Below the pieces are notes generated by a model. The model did no database searches and had not been told where the DNA came from. It saw only the letters and a program-made list of their open reading frames with translations. This document shows, in pieces, positions 61,125 through 64,000 of a DNA stretch of 64,000 nt. The first letter of the stretch is position 1; each line of letters opens with the position of its first letter. The stretch is from Coleofasciculus chthonoplastes F2-STO-03 (GTDB lineage Bacteria; Cyanobacteriota; Cyanobacteriia; Cyanobacteriales; Coleofasciculaceae). The stretch is from the NCBI GenBank assembly GCA_040222015.1, contig JAVJWO010000176.1:18173-82172 (forward strand). The letters are read 5' to 3'. The position numbers and the translations under genes are program-made.

Positions 61125-62072
61125 ATGACAAATGACGAACCAATGACCATAGTCGGACAAAAACAAGCGATCGCACTCTTAGAAGGGGCAATGACAGCCA
61201 ACCGTATCGCCCCAGCTTATCTATTTGTCGGTTCTCCTGGAGTCGGGCGGGCTTTAGTCGCCCGTTGGTTCATTGAACGGTTATTTTGTCAAGATATTCC
61301 CCCCCAGAAGCAACCCTTACTCAAGAAACGCCTACAACAGGGGAACCATCCGGATCTCCTCTGGGTTGAACCCACCTATCTACACAACGGCATTCGCCTA
61401 TCCGCCAAAGAAGCCGCAGAAAAAGGACTCAAGCGCAAAACGCCCCCCCAAATCCGCCTAGAACAAATTCGCGAAATTCGCCAATTTTTAGGACGTTCTC
61501 CCCTAGAAGCCTCTCGTCAAATTGTGGTGTTGGAACAGACGGAAACCATGGCAGAATCAGCCGCAAATGGCTTGCTCAAGACGCTAGAAGAACCCGGAAA
61601 CGCCACGTTAATTTTAATCGCTCCCAGTCCTGATGCCTTATTACCCACCTTAGTTTCCCGTTGTCAGCGGATTCCCTTTTATCGATTAGCACAAAACGAC
61701 ATGGCACAGGTACTACAGCAAACTGGTTATGAGCAGATTCTCCAAGAACCCTCGATATTAGCCATTGCCCAAGGGAGTCCCGGAGACGCGATCGCGGCGT
61801 TTGAACAACTGCAAGCCATACCCCCAGAATTACTGGCAAAGTTGAACCAATTGCCCAACTCATCCCGCATGGCGCTAGAACTGGCTAAGGAAATTGATAA
61901 AACCCTTGATCCCCAAGCCCAATTGTGGTTAGTGGACTATTTACAGCATCGGTATTGGCAACACAAATCTCATACCCAGATCATTCACCAATTAGAGCAA
62001 GCGCGAACCTACTTGCTTGGTTATGCTCAACCTCGATTGGTTTGGGAAGTGGCGCTTTTAGAGTGTCAATAA
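61125..62072 (+). CDS. holB: DNA polymerase III subunit delta' (start may be 61143)
   Basis: AYLFVG, NHPDL, AANGLLKTLEEP, LPTLVSRCQ; follows tmk. Confidence 0.93.
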   Translation: MTNDEPMTIVGQKQAIALLEGAMTANRIAPAYLFVGSPGVGRALVARWFIERLFCQDIPPQKQPLLKKRLQQGNHPDLLWVEPTYLHNGIRLSAKEAAEKGLKRKTPPQIRLEQIREIRQFLGRSPLEASRQIVVLEQTETMAESAANGLLKTLEEPGNATLILIAPSPDALLPTLVSRCQRIPFYRLAQNDMAQVLQQTGYEQILQEPSILAIAQGSPGDAIAAFEQLQAIPPELLAKLNQLPNSSRMALELAKEIDKTLDPQAQLWLVDYLQHRYWQHKSHTQIIHQLEQARTYLLGYAQPRLVWEVALLECQ

Positions 62073-62143
62073 GCTAAATAGGCGAGGAGCCTCACGTCAT
62101 AATTTTCAATTTGACGCTATAGACCTGAATCCTTACGAAAAAT

Positions 62144-63376
62144 TTACTTGACAAAAGTAGCAATTAAGCCCCCAGCTAACCAGATATAGGAGACAAGCGC
62201 CAGCCAAAACAGCACCCGCTCAATGATACTTTTTTTACCACCGCCGTGATGCATTCCACCCTTGTCATCCTTTTTGCCACCCCAACGCAGCCAAGCCAGA
62301 ACCCCGGTGACAGAGAGAAAGGCAAGATTAAGCCAGAATGTATAGTCAATGGCGAAACGTTGTGTCTCGGCTTGACTCTGCCCCGTACTTTCTGGCAAAA
62401 GTCCGAATAAAGAAAAGCCATAGTGCATAACAATAGCTGTGATAACTAACGCGGCTAAAAAGACAGCCAGGATATAGGATGCCATTTTCCAGCCATAGTA
62501 TTTGGCATTAATCCGAATCACGGGGAACACCACTAAATCACTAAAAATAAACGCGATTACCCCAGCAAAACTCACCCCATTGGCATAGAGAACCGAAGCC
62601 AAAGGAATATTTCCCATAGAACCGATAAACGTGAAAAACGCCGCCACGGGTCCAATAATCGTATTTTCCAGTATCGCCAAAAATCCGGGATTACCATTTT
62701 GTCCAGAACCAATAAACAAGAACTGAAAAAACGATCGCGGCACAAATACAGCAATCGCACCCGCCACGGTAAAGCCGATGGTTACGTCTTTCCAAACCAT
62801 CTTCCATTCCATGAAATATTTGCGGGCAACCTGTTTCCATCCCTGTAGAGTTTGAATCTTCTCCTTCCAGTTAGGAACATCTTCTCCCTCATTTGCCTCG
62901 CCTTCATTGTCCCGCAGTCGTTTGCGTACCTTTCTAATTAGCTTCGTGGGGCGAGTAAACCGCACGATTAGCCACATGCAAATAATGAGTAAAAGTCCAC
63001 CCACATACTCGCCGACGACGAACTGCCAACCGAGGAAAACGGCAATAATAAATCCTAACTCAACAACTAAATTAGTTGAGGCGAGTAAGAAAGCCAAGGA
63101 AGGAACAAAACCGGCTCCTTTTTTAAATAAGGACTTTGTTGTCGCTAGGGCAGCGAAACTACAGGAACTCGATATAAAGCCGAAAAACGTTCCCAAGGCG
63201 ACGCTTCCTTTTCCCGCTTCACCCATGGTTTGTTTCATGCGTTCGCGGGTCACAAAAACCTGGATAGCGCTACTAATAACATAACCTAGGATAAACGCCC
63301 ATAACGCTTTCCAGAAAAAGCCGAGTGAGGTTAGCACTGCCTCACTATACAGTTGCCAAAAGTTTGCATTATTCAT
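62144..63376 (-). CDS. Permease (DUF318/ArsP-like), possibly metal-related
   Basis: SSSCSFAA, ASTNLVVELG, FIGSMGNIP, multiple TM helices. Confidence 0.85.
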   Translation of the reverse strand: MNNANFWQLYSEAVLTSLGFFWKALWAFILGYVISSAIQVFVTRERMKQTMGEAGKGSVALGTFFGFISSSCSFAALATTKSLFKKGAGFVPSLAFLLASTNLVVELGFIIAVFLGWQFVVGEYVGGLLLIICMWLIVRFTRPTKLIRKVRKRLRDNEGEANEGEDVPNWKEKIQTLQGWKQVARKYFMEWKMVWKDVTIGFTVAGAIAVFVPRSFFQFLFIGSGQNGNPGFLAILENTIIGPVAAFFTFIGSMGNIPLASVLYANGVSFAGVIAFIFSDLVVFPVIRINAKYYGWKMASYILAVFLAALVITAIVMHYGFSLFGLLPESTGQSQAETQRFAIDYTFWLNLAFLSVTGVLAWLRWGGKKDDKGGMHHGGGKKSIIERVLFWLALVSYIWLAGGLIATFVK

Positions 63377-63651
63377 GATAATTGCTTGACGTTTTTTTAT
63401 GGTTATAGTCTTGTAATTTCATCGGGTTTCTCTGATAAAAAGGAATAACTTTATTGAGAAACACATCAACAAAAAAATGAACTTAAATAGATTCAAGCTA
63501 TTGAATTACTATAAAAGATGGTTTAATTTATCACATCTAACTATCGGATGATTATTGATTCTATCTAATCCCTTTAAGCACAGTAGGGGCAATTCATGAA
63601 TTGCCTCTACAGATGTTGATTCATACCAAGTTGCAGTCTAAGGTAGAATCT

Positions 63652-63728
63652 GTCATGCTGAGCAGAATGCAGTGAAACGGAATGAAGCGAAGCATCTGTC
63701 CAGATTCTTCGCTTCGCTCAGAATGACA
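63652..63728. repeat. REP-like palindromic element (GTCATGCTGAGC...GCTCAGAATGAC)
   Basis: Inverted arms with inner GAAGCGAAG/CTTCGCTTC. Confidence 0.65.
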
Positions 63729-63735
63729 TGATAAG

Positions 63736-63920
63736 GTCACGTCCTCCTACACCGACCCTACGGGTACGGTTGTAGGCTTCCTTTGGGGTTCCGTTTCAGA
63801 ACGACGCTTCCGGCGTTTTATAGTGGGGAATACGCAAGAGCCCACTTCTTGCTTATCGAAAGAGAATTAATATTAGCTTACAACAAGCAAGTTGTCAATA
63901 ATAAACTGGCGATTCATCAG
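63736..63920 (-). ncRNA. Candidate stand-alone omegaRNA-like RNA / IS605 mini-element with its own promoter
   Basis: TTGACA(63898-63893)-N17-TAATAT(63875-63870), then about 130 nt of structured sequence ending in an IS605 right-end-like hairpin; no ORF. Confidence 0.5.
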
Positions 63921-64000
63921 AAAATTTAAATGGATTTTTGTAACTTTTAATACATTTTCATCCAATCAAATAATAGTAATTATAAATAAAGCGAAATAGA

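Noticed and set aside
62080..62120. GAGGAGCCTCACGTCATAATTTTCAATTTGACG as an IS605 right-end relic
   Set aside because: Too short to support; may simply be a terminator-like hairpin between convergent genes

Overview
Chromosomal window of a filamentous cyanobacterium, judged from frequent HIP1 GCGATCGC octamers, labA, ebsA, pentapeptide-repeat and Uma2 genes, and heptamer tandem repeats. The repeat content resembles Coleofasciculus/Microcoleus-type genomes (inference). Housekeeping genes include leuA, rbsK, thrC, sdhA, menE/menC, alr, a Cu-type P1B ATPase, tmk and holB. Accessory genes are interspersed: a Cap4/DUF4297-type nuclease-NACHT-HEAT protein (candidate NLR-like defence protein), two STAND/WD40 proteins, a 1395-aa RTX/beta-helix surface protein next to a TIGR03032 gene, an orphan TRAP binding protein plus PP2C phosphatase, and a putative fused antitoxin-nucleotidyltransferase. 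One complete tnpB-only IS200/IS605 element has flanks that do not rejoin into one gene and an antisense frame open over its whole length. Three tnpB-less or decayed IS605 remnants carry omegaRNA-like sequence, one behind a near-consensus promoter. MITEs and REP-like palindromes are abundant, several nested or inserted in frame inside proteins. No rRNA, tRNA or CRISPR array was seen. All family calls come from motif recognition, not database searches.
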